Source: Desulfobulbaceae bacterium UBA5121
GTDB taxonomy: Bacteria > Desulfobacterota > Desulfobulbia > Desulfobulbales > UBA5123
Direction of reading: 5' to 3'
Length of the DNA: 64,000 nucleotides
Assembly (NCBI GenBank): GCA_002414225.1
Contig: DHYV01000042.1
Coordinates: forward strand, 20,878-84,877
Shown: piece by piece, positions 27,453-38,240 of the stretch
Numbering within the stretch: the stretch's first letter is position 1
Layout of the letters: each line of letters begins with the position of its first letter
Made by a program: the position numbers and the translations under genes
Notes under the pieces: generated by a model
The model's database searches: none
Told to the model about the DNA's origin: nothing
The model's input: the letters and a program-made list of their open reading frames with translations, nothing else

Positions 27453-28373
27453 TCACGACTCGGCGCGGTGAAAGAGAACGATGGCCGCGGCAATGGCCAC
27501 CATGCCCGCCAATGCCGAAGGGCGCGGCGACTCGTCGGGGAGGAGCAGCCAGCTTAACCCCGCGCCACTCACCGGGATCAGGAATTTCCAGAGGTTGAGC
27601 TGGGTCACCCCCACCCCCGGCCGGCGCAGGAGAACGAACCAGAGGGAGAAGGCCACCGCCGAGAGCCCCGCCAGCCAGGCCAGAGCCCCGAAGTAGCTCA
27701 GGGGCAGTGCCGCCCAGACCGGCAACCCCTCAAGCGGTACCGACACCAGGAAAAGGAATAAGCCGCCCAGGAAGATCTGCGCCGAGGTGAGGAGGATGGG
27801 GTCCAGGCCCGGCGCCTCTTTCGCCACCAGGATATTGCCCATGGCGCTGCTCAGCGACGAGAGCAGGAGGAGCAGAATGCCGCCGCACTCGACAAGTCCG
27901 GCGGGCGAAACCCAGGGAGTACGGCCGAGACTCACCACGGCCACGCCAACGACTCCCAGGATGAGGCTCACGCCCCGCATCCGGGTGAGGGGTTCGTCGG
28001 TGAGGCGAAAGTGGACCACCAGGGCGGTGGTGAGCGGCGAAGCGCCGATGATGATGGCGGCGAGCGCCGCGGGCACCAAGGCGATGCCCAGGTAGAAGAG
28101 TCCGTAGAGGAGGAAGGTCTGGAAGAAGGCCACCTGGCCGACCAGTCGCCAGTGGCCGGCGAGCCCCGCGCCCCATGGCGTCCGGCGCCACCAGACCGGC
28201 ACCAGGAGAAGGCCGCTCAACATGAAGCGGATACCGGCAAAGGAGAGCGGTGTCGTGGAGCGCAGGCCGATCTTGATGCCGACGAAGGCGGTGGACCAGA
28301 GAAGGCAGGCCAGGATGGCCAGCAGCGGAGTGCTCAGTCCGTCCGGCGAAACCGGTCGGGGCGCCTCAACCAT
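27453..28373 (-). CDS. DMT-superfamily transporter (EamA family)
   Basis: About 10 TM segments in two EamA-like halves. Confidence 0.65.
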   Translation of the reverse strand: MVEAPRPVSPDGLSTPLLAILACLLWSTAFVGIKIGLRSTTPLSFAGIRFMLSGLLLVPVWWRRTPWGAGLAGHWRLVGQVAFFQTFLLYGLFYLGIALVPAALAAIIIGASPLTTALVVHFRLTDEPLTRMRGVSLILGVVGVAVVSLGRTPWVSPAGLVECGGILLLLLSSLSSAMGNILVAKEAPGLDPILLTSAQIFLGGLFLFLVSVPLEGLPVWAALPLSYFGALAWLAGLSAVAFSLWFVLLRRPGVGVTQLNLWKFLIPVSGAGLSWLLLPDESPRPSALAGMVAIAAAIVLFHRAES

Positions 28374-29166
28374 GGTGAAGGCCGATCTTTTCGAACATGG
28401 CCACCATGCCCACCCCCAGGGTGTGGAGAAGCTCGACGCCCAGGTTGCGTTCGGCGGTGCGGTCGAAATAGACCCGCAGCCGTGAATCCAGATCGTCCTC
28501 GGGCCGCCAGTAACAGATCAGGATCGGCACCCTGGGCAGGGGCCGGAGCAGAATGGAGATGTCGGCGTCGAAATAGCGGGCCGTCTCGCGACCGCTGAAG
28601 ATGCCCACCAGATCGGCGAAGAGGCCGGGCCGCCGATCGGCTAGCCGCTGCAGCGGCTCTTCGCAGCGCCGCCCGAAGAGCGGGCTCCAGGCGGGACCGC
28701 CGGCAAGATCCCGCATGGCCACCCACTCGCCGACGGGTACGAGCCCCGGGCTCTCCAGCAGGTAGTGGAGGAGCGGCACCGTCACCCAGGGATTGATATG
28801 ACACTGGGAGGTTACCGCGCCGTCCGGAGCGATGCAGAAGTCCTTGCCCAGGCACTGCACCGCCACCCCGCCGGCCACCTGCCGGCCTCCCGCCGCCGCG
28901 GCCCGGGCCACGAGATCGATGCCCCCGATCCGGGCCTGCAACCTGGCCGCCGCCTCGTCCATGTTACGGTCCATGGAGGCCCGCTCGCCGCCGTCGCCCA
29001 CCTCGGCCGCCGCCACCTCCGGCGCGAGATAGGGGCAGTCGGCCAACTGCCGCTCTCCTTTGAGCACCGCCGCGGCAAAGGCAAGGCAGGCCGGCAGATG
29101 ACACTGCCGGCAGTTGGTCTGGGGCAGGAGACGGTAGATCTGGAGGGGGGTGGAAAAACGAGCCAT
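28366..29166 (-). CDS. Fe-S-binding N-terminal domain + DUF3786-like protein
   Basis: LPQTNCRQCHLPACLAFAAAVLKGERQLADCPYL N-terminus, like the corrinoid Fe-S protein N-terminal cluster domain as I recall it. ATG 29166 chosen. Confidence 0.45.
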   Translation of the reverse strand: MARFSTPLQIYRLLPQTNCRQCHLPACLAFAAAVLKGERQLADCPYLAPEVAAAEVGDGGERASMDRNMDEAAARLQARIGGIDLVARAAAAGGRQVAGGVAVQCLGKDFCIAPDGAVTSQCHINPWVTVPLLHYLLESPGLVPVGEWVAMRDLAGGPAWSPLFGRRCEEPLQRLADRRPGLFADLVGIFSGRETARYFDADISILLRPLPRVPILICYWRPEDDLDSRLRVYFDRTAERNLGVELLHTLGVGMVAMFEKIGLHHG

Positions 29167-29283
29167 GAGCTTCTTCAGGCTATGCCGGCCGGAGCGATGG
29201 CGCGGGACGTGCCAGAAAGGGGACGCACCTCGCCCACCGCCCAAAACCGCCGTGCCGCGGGGGCGCCCCGTTGGCAGCGCCCG

Positions 29284-30117
29284 CTAGTCGCCAGGGGCGG
29301 GGGAGGTGGAGCCCATGGTGGCGCCCTTCTGCACACTCAGGCCGCTGGCAAAGGTCGCCCAGTCAGGCAGGGAGATGTCGGGAATCCAGTCCCGCCAGCT
29401 CCGCTTGGGAGGATTGCCGGACTTGAGGGCGGTCAGCAGTTCCTTGGCCTTGCCATCCACCGTGGAGCCGGGATAGTTGGCGAGGAGATACTCGAGCCGC
29501 CCCTCGGCCTGGGGATACTCCTCGGTACGCACATAGAAGGCGGCCACGTACATCTCATGACGGGCAAGGAAATCCTGGGCCGCCTTGATCCGTGCCTTGG
29601 CCTCGCTGATGTAAGGGGCGGCCGGATAGGTACGCACCAGCCGCGAGAACGCCTGCACGGCGCTCACCGCCGCACTGGTGTCCCGGTCGATGGTGCCGAT
29701 CTGCTGGTAAGAGCACATGCCGATCTGGAACATCACGTAGGGAATGGCCTCGTTGGTGGGGTGATTGTTCTCGAAATCCTCATAGAGGGGCCGGGCCGCC
29801 CCGTACTCGCCCATGAAGTACTGGCAGTCGGCCACTTTGAGATCGGCCAGCAGGCTGTAGCGGCTGAACGGATAGCGATCCCGCAGTTCCCCGAAGATCT
29901 TGAGGGCCTCGGAGTACTTGCCGTAGTTGTAGGCATCCATGGCCTGCATGACCATGCCGTCGGCAGATTCCGGCGCGGCCTTTTCCCCAAGCCCCACCCA
30001 GTTCATCACGTGGTCAAGGGTGCTACAGCCGGGCAGGGCAAAGAGGCCCAGGGCGAGAACAACGGCAGTGGCCACGGACAACAGGCGCGGCCTAGGGTTG
30101 GGGGTGCGGATCTTCAT
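29284..30117 (-). CDS. bamD: Outer membrane protein assembly factor BamD
   Basis: Lipobox LPGCS. TPR-like body: YNYGKYSEALKIFGELRDRYPFSRY...VADCQYFMGEY.... Confidence 0.75.
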   Translation of the reverse strand: MKIRTPNPRPRLLSVATAVVLALGLFALPGCSTLDHVMNWVGLGEKAAPESADGMVMQAMDAYNYGKYSEALKIFGELRDRYPFSRYSLLADLKVADCQYFMGEYGAARPLYEDFENNHPTNEAIPYVMFQIGMCSYQQIGTIDRDTSAAVSAVQAFSRLVRTYPAAPYISEAKARIKAAQDFLARHEMYVAAFYVRTEEYPQAEGRLEYLLANYPGSTVDGKAKELLTALKSGNPPKRSWRDWIPDISLPDWATFASGLSVQKGATMGSTSPAPGD

Positions 30118-30156
30118 GGGCAGGGCACTTTTGTAGAGTAGGGTTAGTAGGGGGAC

Positions 30157-31089
30157 TCAGCCGGAATGATGGAGGTATTCTTCGGCCGCCAGGACGGCCA
30201 CCGCCCCTTCGCCGGCCGCGGTCACCACCTGACGCACCGCCTTGCTGCGGATGTCGCCCGCCGCCATCACCCCGGCGAGCCGGGTGCGCATCTCGCCATC
30301 GGTGGGGATGAAGCCCTGGGCGTCGGCACCGAGTTCGGCCAGGGGCAGCATGTCGTTGTTCGGCCGGGTTCCGATAAGCATGAACACCCCGGTGACGGGC
30401 AGGAACCGTTCCGTGCCGTCGTTGTGACGGATGTCGACCCCCTCCACCCCCTGGGCGCCGCCGCGCACGCGCTGCACCCGGCTGTCGAGGACAAAGGCGA
30501 TCTTGGGGTTGGCAAACGCCTCTTCCTGGAGGATGCGGGTGGCCCGCAGCTCGTTGCGGCGGTGGATGACATGGACCTTGGCGGCAAAGCGGGTGAGAAA
30601 AATCGCCTCCTCCACCGCCGTGTTGCCGCCCCCCACCACCGCCACCTCCTGGCCACGGTAGAAGGGACCGTCGCAGGTGGCGCAATAGGAAACCCCACGG
30701 CCGGTGAACTCCTCCTCGCCGGGCACGCCCAACTGACGGGGCCGGGCACCGGTGGCGATGATCACCGCCCGGCAGGTAATATCGCCGCCGTCTTCGAGAA
30801 CGAGCCGCTTCACCGGCCCGCCGAGTTCCATGGCGGTTACCGCGCCAAGCCGGGTCGCGAGGCCGAATCGTGCCGCCTGGGCCGCCATCTTGTCGATGAG
30901 TTCGAAGCCGGAGATCCCCTCGGGGAAGCCGGGATAGTTATCGACCCAGTCGGTGAGCAGCACCTGGCCGCCCACCGCGCCCTTCTCGATGAGCACCGCC
31001 CTGAGCATGGCCCGGGCCGCGTAGAGGCCGGCGGTGAGGCCGGCCGGCCCGCCACCGACGATGACCAGATCGTATGCCGCTGCCGACAT
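30157..31089 (-). CDS. trxB: Thioredoxin-disulfide reductase
   Basis: VIVGGGPAGLTAGLYAAR and the redox CATCDG motif, plus VVGGGNTAVEEA. Confidence 0.9.
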   Translation of the reverse strand: MSAAAYDLVIVGGGPAGLTAGLYAARAMLRAVLIEKGAVGGQVLLTDWVDNYPGFPEGISGFELIDKMAAQAARFGLATRLGAVTAMELGGPVKRLVLEDGGDITCRAVIIATGARPRQLGVPGEEEFTGRGVSYCATCDGPFYRGQEVAVVGGGNTAVEEAIFLTRFAAKVHVIHRRNELRATRILQEEAFANPKIAFVLDSRVQRVRGGAQGVEGVDIRHNDGTERFLPVTGVFMLIGTRPNNDMLPLAELGADAQGFIPTDGEMRTRLAGVMAAGDIRSKAVRQVVTAAGEGAVAVLAAEEYLHHSG

Positions 31090-31107
31090 GACGCCGGACC
31101 CCGCCCC

Positions 31108-31437
31108 TTACAGGGCCTTCTTGAGCATTGCCACCATCTGGGCCTTGCCCACCGCGCCGGTCACCTGTTCCACCACCTTGCCGCCCTTGAAGACGATGAG
31201 GGTGGGGATGGCGCGGATGCCAAACTTGCCCGGCGTGGCAGGGTTATCGTCGACGTTCATCTTGGCGACCACGGCCTTGCCGTCGAATTCGCCCGCTAAT
31301 TCCTCGATCACCGGGCCAATGGCCTTGCAGGGGCCGCACCAGGGAGCCCAGAAGTCGAGCAGCACCGGCAGGTCGGACTTGAGTACCTGGGCGTCGAAAT
31401 CACCATCACCAACATGCAAAACCTTGTCTCCTGCCAT
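31108..31437 (-). CDS. trxA: Thioredoxin
   Basis: DFWAPWCGPCK active site. 109 aa from ATG 31437. Confidence 0.9.
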   Translation of the reverse strand: MAGDKVLHVGDGDFDAQVLKSDLPVLLDFWAPWCGPCKAIGPVIEELAGEFDGKAVVAKMNVDDNPATPGKFGIRAIPTLIVFKGGKVVEQVTGAVGKAQMVAMLKKAL

Positions 31438-31684
31438 ACAAATACGCTCCTTAAGATGAAAAGATACGGAAATCGGACCCACGCAAACCGCCGGATCCCC
31501 GGCCGGGAGGGGGAGGCAGGCCGTCGGGGACGCTGCCGCGGACGGTGCGCACAAAGAAGATACAGAGAATATGAATGACACAAAGTCTGTATCTTACCTG
31601 CTCTCCTGGCCCCTGACAACTGGAAATTTCCCGGCCGCTTCCCGCCGTCGGAGACGGGAAGCGGCCGGCGGCGGCGTAAGAGTT

Positions 31685-31714
31685 TTGACAGTATCGAACC
31701 GGCCATGCTATAGT
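31685..31714 (+). promoter_or_regulatory. Candidate sigma70 promoter for hemL
   Basis: TTGACA (31685-31690), 18-nt spacer, TATAGT (31709-31714). Confidence 0.45.
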
Positions 31715-31793
31715 GCCTGACTCTCCGTCCTGCCGGCAAACCGGCGGCGTCAAAGCGAAAGCAGCCCATACCAGAGTGGAGGATACGCGCCCC

Positions 31794-33086
31794 ATGAACA
31801 CCGAACGATCCCGCAACCTGTTCCAGAAAGCCCAGACCCTGATCCCCGGCGGCGTCAACAGCCCGGTGCGCGCCTGCAAGTCGGTTGCCTGCGACCCGCT
31901 CTTCGTGGCCCGCGCCGATGGTGCCAAGATATATGATGTGGACGGCAACGTCTTCATCGACTTTCTCGCCTCATGGGGGCCGATGATCCTCGGCCACAAC
32001 CACCCGACGGTGGTGGCGGCTATCCAAGAGGCGCTCGCCCATGGCACCAGCTACGGCGCCCCCTGCCCGGCCGAGGTGGAATTGGCGGAACTGGTTTGCG
32101 AGGCGCTCCCTTCAGTGGAGCGGGTCCGTTTCGTGAGTTCAGGCACCGAGGCGACCATGAGCGCCGTACGGCTCGCCCGCGGCTACACCGGTCGCAAGAT
32201 GGTGGTCAAGTTCGACGGCTGCTACCACGGCCATGCCGACAGCTTTCTGGTCAAGGCAGGCAGCGGCATCATCACACTGGGCATCCCCGGCAGCCCGGGA
32301 GTGCCCGACGACATCGTCAAGAACACCCTCTCCATCCCCTATAACGACGTCGTTACCCTGGAAAAGACCCTGCGGGATGCAAGTCTCGACATCGCCTGCG
32401 TGATCGTCGAGCCGGTGGCCGGCAACATGGGCGTGGTTCCGCCGGCCCCCGGATTCCTGGAAACCCTCCGGGCGCTCACCGCGGAGTTGGGCATCGTGCT
32501 CATCTTCGACGAGGTGATTACCGGCTTCCGGCTTGCTTACGGCGGCGCCCAGAGCTACTTCGGGATCATGCCCGACCTCACCTGTCTCGGCAAGATCATC
32601 GGCGGCGGGCTGCCGGTGGGCGCCTACGGCGGCAAGGCCGAAATCATGGCCAAGATCGCCCCCGAGGGCCCGGTCTACCAGGCGGGCACCCTTTCCGGCA
32701 ACCCGCTGGCCATGGCTGCGGGGGCGGCCACCCTGAAGGCCCTTGCCGAACCCGGCTTCTACGATCGGCTTAACGCCAAGGCGGCCGCCTACGCCGACCG
32801 GCTCGCCGAGATCGCCGCCAAGCATCTGCCCGGCGCCACCACCCTGAACCGGGTGGGCTCGATGATGACCACCTTCTTCACCGCCGGACCGGTCACCGAC
32901 TTCACCTCGGCGATGACCGCCGACACCGGGCGTTACGCAGCCTTCTATCGGGAGATGCTCGCGCAGGGCGTCTATCTGGCGCCGTCGCAGTTCGAGGCCG
33001 CCTTTATCTCCGCTGCGCAGCGCGAAGAAGACCTTGCGACGGCTCTGGAAAAAACTGAATGGTCATTCAAAAAATTGCCAAAATGA
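31794..33086 (+). CDS. hemL: Glutamate-1-semialdehyde 2,1-aminomutase
   Basis: [12 protein letters not shown]...YGAP...FDEVITGFR...[16 protein letters not shown]. Confidence 0.9.
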   Translation: MNTERSRNLFQKAQTLIPGGVNSPVRACKSVACDPLFVARADGAKIYDVDGNVFIDFLASWGPMILGHNHPTVVAAIQEALAHGTSYGAPCPAEVELAELVCEALPSVERVRFVSSGTEATMSAVRLARGYTGRKMVVKFDGCYHGHADSFLVKAGSGIITLGIPGSPGVPDDIVKNTLSIPYNDVVTLEKTLRDASLDIACVIVEPVAGNMGVVPPAPGFLETLRALTAELGIVLIFDEVITGFRLAYGGAQSYFGIMPDLTCLGKIIGGGLPVGAYGGKAEIMAKIAPEGPVYQAGTLSGNPLAMAAGAATLKALAEPGFYDRLNAKAAAYADRLAEIAAKHLPGATTLNRVGSMMTTFFTAGPVTDFTSAMTADTGRYAAFYREMLAQGVYLAPSQFEAAFISAAQREEDLATALEKTEWSFKKLPK

Positions 33087-33186
33087 CAAAAAAGCCGTTG
33101 ACTTTGCCCGGGTGCCATGATACCACTCGAAACGATTTTCCGTTTACTCGGGACCGTTGCGCCCCAAGCATTACGGAGGACGGCCG

Positions 33187-33411
33187 GTGAGCAACAACCG
33201 CAAGGAAATCATGAGGTTGTTGAGCGACTTCAGCACCGTCGGGATGACCGTCGCCTTCTCGATTTTCATCGGTGTGGGCATCGGCTACTGGCTGGACAAC
33301 AAGGTGTTCGAGGGGCGCACCGCCCCCTGGTTAACCCTGTTATTTCTGGCCTTCGGGGTGTTGGCGGCGTTCAAGAACCTCTACCTGATGAGCAGGAGAA
33401 AGGATCTCTAA
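33187..33411 (+). CDS. AtpZ/AtpI-family small membrane protein (putative F0F1 ATPase-associated)
   Basis: Two TM segments (GMTVAFSIFIGVGIGYWLD). GTG 33187 behind GGAGGA. Heads the F0 cluster. Confidence 0.5.
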   Translation: MSNNRKEIMRLLSDFSTVGMTVAFSIFIGVGIGYWLDNKVFEGRTAPWLTLLFLAFGVLAAFKNLYLMSRRKDL

Positions 33412-33412
33412 G

Positions 33413-33814
33413 ATGCAGGACGACGCCCTGTCCGACAGCATGCTGAAAAAGGTGCAGGTTCGTTGCTGGCTGCTGCTCGCTGCCATGAGTAGTGCCGGGC
33501 TGCTCTTCTTCTCCGGCCAGGCCGCCAAGTCCATTTTCATCGGCGGCTTCATCGTCACCGTGAGCTTTCGCTTCCTCAAACGCGATCTGACCGGACTCCT
33601 CCAGGGGCCGCTCACCGCGGTTAAGGGACGCTTTTTCATCAAGTACTACGCTCGTTTCGCGTTGATGGCGCTGGTACTCTTCTTTCTTGTTCGGTACCGG
33701 ATGGTCGACACCACCGCAATGCTGGTGGGGCTCTCCACGGTACTGATGAGTATCATCGCCACCACGGCCAGCGAAGCGAAAAAGATTTATTTCAGTGTCA
33801 AGGAGGCATCATAA
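33413..33814 (+). CDS. atpI: ATP synthase protein I
   Basis: Small 4-TM protein immediately upstream of atpB. Confidence 0.55.
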   Translation: MQDDALSDSMLKKVQVRCWLLLAAMSSAGLLFFSGQAAKSIFIGGFIVTVSFRFLKRDLTGLLQGPLTAVKGRFFIKYYARFALMALVLFFLVRYRMVDTTAMLVGLSTVLMSIIATTASEAKKIYFSVKEAS

Positions 33815-33819
33815 GGCTC

Positions 33820-34542
33820 ATGGAACATCCGATATTATTCATCTCGCTGCTGTTGGAGACCCTGGGAGCACCGGTTCCGCACACCATGGTCGGTGAAACC
33901 CTGGCGGCCAAGCTGTCCTCGCCGCACATGACCTACACCTGGCTGGTGATGGCATTCCTGATCCTGATGCCCAAGCTGACCTTGGGCAAGATGGAGATGA
34001 TCCCGGGCAAGGGCCAAAACTTCTGGGAAGCGATCATCGACGGCCTGGAGGGCTTCATGGCCGACAACATGGGCAAGGACGGGGCCAAGATGATGTTCCC
34101 CATGCTTGCCACCTTTGCCTTCTACATCGTGGTGGCCAACATGGTGGGCCTGATGCCCGGCTTCATGTCCCCCACCTCCAACCTCAACGTCACCCTGGGC
34201 TGCACCCTGATCGTCTTCGTCACCACCCACATCCTGGGCCTCAAGTTCCACGGCGTCGGCTACATCAAGCACTTCCTCGGACCCATTCCCTGGCTCATCC
34301 CCCTGATGTTCCCCATCGAGGTGATCAGCCACCTGGCCCGTATCCTAAGCCTCTCCATCCGTCTTTTCGGTAACATCATGGCCAAGGAAACCCTGCTTGC
34401 CATTCTCTTCATGCTGGCCGGGGCCTACTTCGCGCCGCTGCCGATTCTCTGCCTGGGTGTTTTCGTCTCCATCGTCCAGGCCCTGGTCTTCGTGCTGCTG
34501 TCGATCCTCTACTTCTCGGCCGCCATGGAGCACGCCCACTAA
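33820..34542 (+). CDS. atpB: F0F1 ATP synthase subunit a
   Basis: LSLSIRLFGNIMAKE (essential Arg region) and a polytopic profile. Confidence 0.85.
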   Translation: MEHPILFISLLLETLGAPVPHTMVGETLAAKLSSPHMTYTWLVMAFLILMPKLTLGKMEMIPGKGQNFWEAIIDGLEGFMADNMGKDGAKMMFPMLATFAFYIVVANMVGLMPGFMSPTSNLNVTLGCTLIVFVTTHILGLKFHGVGYIKHFLGPIPWLIPLMFPIEVISHLARILSLSIRLFGNIMAKETLLAILFMLAGAYFAPLPILCLGVFVSIVQALVFVLLSILYFSAAMEHAH

Positions 34543-34600
34543 GCAAACACCAGTTCGTTCGATATAGTAAGAAGAAGGCCAAACCAACCAACTTTTTTAG

Positions 34601-34861
<261 letters not shown>

Positions 34862-34918
34862 TTGCATCGGGTTGCCGGGCAGGCTCTTCAACGAGAGCCA
34901 CACCGTCGACCGACTCTA

Positions 34919-34951
34919 AAGGCCGCAGGATGATTCCTGCGGCCTTTTTCT
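34919..34951 (+). terminator. Rho-independent terminator after atpE
   Basis: AAGGCCGCAGG / CCTGCGGCCTT stem plus T-run. Confidence 0.75.
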
Positions 34952-35045
34952 ATTGGCGTGCTAAACTTTTTTGCGGCATGGTGGTCACACCGCACGCCGC
35001 CGCGCAGGACAACCCGTGACCCTTTTGTTTGTGGAGTACTGAACC

Positions 35046-36374
35046 GTGACGCAAAAACTCTTTCTGGTGAGCCTGGGCTGTGCCAAGAATCTGGTAGACT
35101 CCGAGGTGATGTTGGGACTCCTCAGCGACGCCGGCTATCACGTCTGCGACGCCCCCGAGGAGGCGGACCTTCTGCTGGTGAACACCTGCGGGTTCATCCA
35201 GCCGGCAGTGGAGGAGTCCATCGACGAGATTCTCGCCTTGGCCGAAGTAAAAAGAGAGGCGCCGGGAAAACGACTGGTGGTCACCGGCTGCCTGGTGCAG
35301 CGCTACGGCGAGGCACTGCGCGACGAGCTTCCCGAGGTGGACTGCTTTATCGGCACTGACGGGTTCCAGGGAATCCTCGGCCACCTGGCGGCCATCAACG
35401 GCAGTCGGTCGCTCAACGTCACCACGCCGTCCCGCTTCCTCATGAACCACGCCACCCCTCGGCGCCTTTCCACCCCACCCCACCGGGCCTTCCTCAAGAT
35501 CACCGAGGGGTGCCGAAACCGCTGCTCCTACTGCATGATCCCCGCCATCCGGGGGGAACTCCGCAGCCGGGAGACGGCCGACATCGTCGCCGAGGCAGCG
35601 CGGCTGGGTGATGCCGGGGTCAGGGAACTCTGCCTCATCGGCCAGGATCTCACCGCTTACGGCATGGACCAGGGCCGCCCCCGGCTCGTGGAGCTTCTCA
35701 AACGGGTTCTCGCCGGCTGCACCGTCCCCTGGCTGCGGCTTCTCTACCTCCATCCCCAGCGGGTCGACCAGGAACTCATCGACCTGATGGCTGCCGAGCC
35801 GCGGCTCCTGCCCTACCTCGACATCCCCGTCCAGCACACCAGCGACCGGATCCTGAAATTAATGAACCGCCCTTACGGTCACGCCTATCTCGACGCACTG
35901 CTCACCCGGATCCGCGCCACCCTCCCCGGCATCGCCCTGCGCACCACCCTGATGGTGGGGTTCCCGGGCGAAACCGACGCCGAAGTCGATGCCATGGCCG
36001 ACTTTCTCGCCCGCCAGCGCTTCGATCACGTGGGTATCTTCACTTACTCCAACGAAGAGGGGTGCGCGGCCGCCGACCTCCCCGACCATGTGGCACCAGA
36101 AGAGATGGAGGCGCGCCGCGACCGGCTGATGACAGTGCAGGCGGAAGTTTCACTCGCCAAGAATCAGGCACGGGTGGGGACCATCGAAGAGGTGCTGGTG
36201 GAGGGGGTGAGCGAGGAAACCGAGCTGCTGCTCGCCGGCCGGACCCGTTATCAGGCGCCGGAGATCGACGGCACCGTTTACATCAACGAGGGCCACTGCC
36301 AGGCCGGCGACTTGGTCCGGGTACGGATCACCGAGGCACACACCTATGATCTGGTGGGCGAAATCGTCTCCTGA
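35046..36374 (+). CDS. rimO: Ribosomal protein S12 methylthiotransferase
   Basis: MTTase N-domain (SLGCAKN), radical-SAM CRNRCSYCMIP motif and a TRAM C-terminus. Confidence 0.85.
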   Translation: MTQKLFLVSLGCAKNLVDSEVMLGLLSDAGYHVCDAPEEADLLLVNTCGFIQPAVEESIDEILALAEVKREAPGKRLVVTGCLVQRYGEALRDELPEVDCFIGTDGFQGILGHLAAINGSRSLNVTTPSRFLMNHATPRRLSTPPHRAFLKITEGCRNRCSYCMIPAIRGELRSRETADIVAEAARLGDAGVRELCLIGQDLTAYGMDQGRPRLVELLKRVLAGCTVPWLRLLYLHPQRVDQELIDLMAAEPRLLPYLDIPVQHTSDRILKLMNRPYGHAYLDALLTRIRATLPGIALRTTLMVGFPGETDAEVDAMADFLARQRFDHVGIFTYSNEEGCAAADLPDHVAPEEMEARRDRLMTVQAEVSLAKNQARVGTIEEVLVEGVSEETELLLAGRTRYQAPEIDGTVYINEGHCQAGDLVRVRITEAHTYDLVGEIVS

Positions 36375-36385
36375 CGGAACGGCGC

Positions 36386-36421
36386 AAAAAAAATGCCGGC
36401 CGCCCCAACGGCGTCCGGCAT
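36386..36421 (-). terminator. Rho-independent terminator of the IHF-like gene
   Basis: ATGCCGG / CCGGCAT stem with inner GC pairs. T8 run when read on the minus strand. Confidence 0.6.
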
Positions 36422-36445
36422 GAGAAATCCGAGAAGGGGCCAGGT

Positions 36446-36721
36446 CTACCCGTTGACCCGCTCCTTGAGTTCCTTGCCAACTTTGAAGAAAGGCAACTTC
36501 TTGGGCGGAACCTTTATCTTGGCACCGGTCTTGGGGTTGCGGCCGAAATAGGAGTCGTAGGTCTTGACCACGAAACTGCCGAAGCCGCGGATCTCGATGG
36601 ACTCGCCAGCGGTAAGCGCCTCAGTCATGGAATCAAGAATGGTGCCGGTGATCGCCCCTGCCTCGCGCAGCGGCAGATTCATCTCCTGGGCAAGCGCCTC
36701 GATCAGTTCAGACTTGTTCAT
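36446..36721 (-). CDS. ihfB: HU/IHF-family DNA-binding protein, IHF beta-like
   Basis: MNKSELIEALA...IEIRGFGSF...GRNPKTG. Family assignment is firm; subunit assignment is tentative. Confidence 0.65.
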   Translation of the reverse strand: MNKSELIEALAQEMNLPLREAGAITGTILDSMTEALTAGESIEIRGFGSFVVKTYDSYFGRNPKTGAKIKVPPKKLPFFKVGKELKERVNG

Positions 36722-36835
36722 CTCCCCTCCTCAGCAGAAATCCTCACTCCATGCAGGCGCTCTCAACCGGCCCACTCCAAGCAGATTCAAAATCACATTT
36801 GAATACAACTAGATGTGTAATATTAATCCGGGAAT

Positions 36836-37570
36836 TCATCCCCTGTAAAGAGAATTTTTCCCTGAAAAAATAAGGTTTAGGTCATTTTTGGTAAGGAAAC
36901 GGTACTTACCGAGTGGCAGATCACCCAGGCGAAGCCGCCCGTAGGCGATTCGTTGCAGGGCCAGCACCCGGTGGCCGATGGCCGCGAACATCTTGCGCAC
37001 CTGACGCTTGCGCCCTTCGTGGATGGTGATTTCAAGCCGGGTCTGCCGCTCGCCGGCAGCAAGCACCCGGATGCGGGCCGGCCAGGTCCGACTGCCTTCG
37101 AGCATGATCCCCTTTTCGAGTTGGGCCAGCGCCGCTTGAGGCGGATTGCCCCGCACCGTGGCCACGTAAGTCTTGTTGACCTCGAAACGGGGATGGAGGA
37201 TGCGCTGGGCGAGTTCGCCGTCATTGGTGAGCAGCAGCGCCCCTTCGGTGTCGTAATCGAGGCGGCCCACCGGAAAAACCCGGGCCGCGACCCCGGCGAG
37301 CAGGTCGGTGACGATCTTGCGGCCCTGGGGATCGGCCAGGGTGGAGAGGTAGCCGGTGGGCTTATTGAGCAGGACATAGACCTTCTCCTCAGCACCGGCC
37401 ACCGGCCGGCCGCCGTACTCGATACGCTGGCGCGCCGGGTCCACCCGCACCCCCATATCGGTAACCACCCGGCCGTCCACCGTGACCTTGCCCTGACGGA
37501 TCAGCTCCTCGGCGGCCCGCCGCGAGGCGATGCCGGCCCGAGCGAGGATCTTCTGCAGACGTTCTTCCAT
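36836..37570 (-). CDS. Pseudouridine synthase, RsuA/RluB family (S4 domain + catalytic domain)
   Basis: RLQKILARAGIASRRAAEELI (S4) and VGRLDYDTEGALLLTNDGEL catalytic Asp motif. Confidence 0.8.
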   Translation of the reverse strand: MEERLQKILARAGIASRRAAEELIRQGKVTVDGRVVTDMGVRVDPARQRIEYGGRPVAGAEEKVYVLLNKPTGYLSTLADPQGRKIVTDLLAGVAARVFPVGRLDYDTEGALLLTNDGELAQRILHPRFEVNKTYVATVRGNPPQAALAQLEKGIMLEGSRTWPARIRVLAAGERQTRLEITIHEGRKRQVRKMFAAIGHRVLALQRIAYGRLRLGDLPLGKYRFLTKNDLNLIFSGKNSLYRG

Positions 37571-37675
37571 GTGGCAATGGCTCCGGCGCCGCAAGGCGGG
37601 CGAAAAAAAACCGGGGCCGGTTTCCCCTGGAGAAACCGGCCTCGGCAACAAGGGTCAAAAAGTGTCGCCCACGGC

Positions 37676-38134
37676 TCAGGCGGTGTAGTCGCCCCGGCGG
37701 AACTTGGCAGCCTCGAGATAGCTCACCGTGGCCACCCGTTCCACGAGCTGGCCCAACTGGTCGTCGGCAGGCAACTGGTTGCGCACCGACATCAGCCCCG
37801 CCACCCCTTCCTCCATGGCGTCGGCATAGGGAGCGAGGTCGGCGCCACTGACGTTGCCGTTGGCCAGAGCGGCGCCAAAGGCGTCCAGGGTGTCGAGGGC
37901 GCTCTCGGTAAGCGACAACCCTTCGATACGAAGGGATGGCGAAACAGCCGCAACCGGCGCCACCGAATCGATCAGCCCCGGCGCCCCGACGGGCGCAGCG
38001 GGCACAGCGCCCTGCTGTAGCTGCTGATCCAGCAGCTGCTGGAAATCGATGCCACCGCCGGCCGCACCCTTCGCCGTGGTGGTGGTATCCTTGCGAATAC
38101 CGTTGGGACCGTAAAGCAGATCGTCAATCTTCAT
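37676..38134 (-). CDS. Hypothetical protein, 152 aa
   Basis: ORF with AAGGGG RBS before ATG 38134. No family recognised. Confidence 0.45.
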   Translation of the reverse strand: MKIDDLLYGPNGIRKDTTTTAKGAAGGGIDFQQLLDQQLQQGAVPAAPVGAPGLIDSVAPVAAVSPSLRIEGLSLTESALDTLDAFGAALANGNVSGADLAPYADAMEEGVAGLMSVRNQLPADDQLGQLVERVATVSYLEAAKFRRGDYTA

Positions 38135-38240
38135 AACCAAACCCCTTACAGGACAGGATAAATATACATTCTACCTTACCTATTCGGAAAGAAAGGGGTC
38201 AAGCATTAATAAAATCCGCCCAGCACCGGCCCCTTCACCG

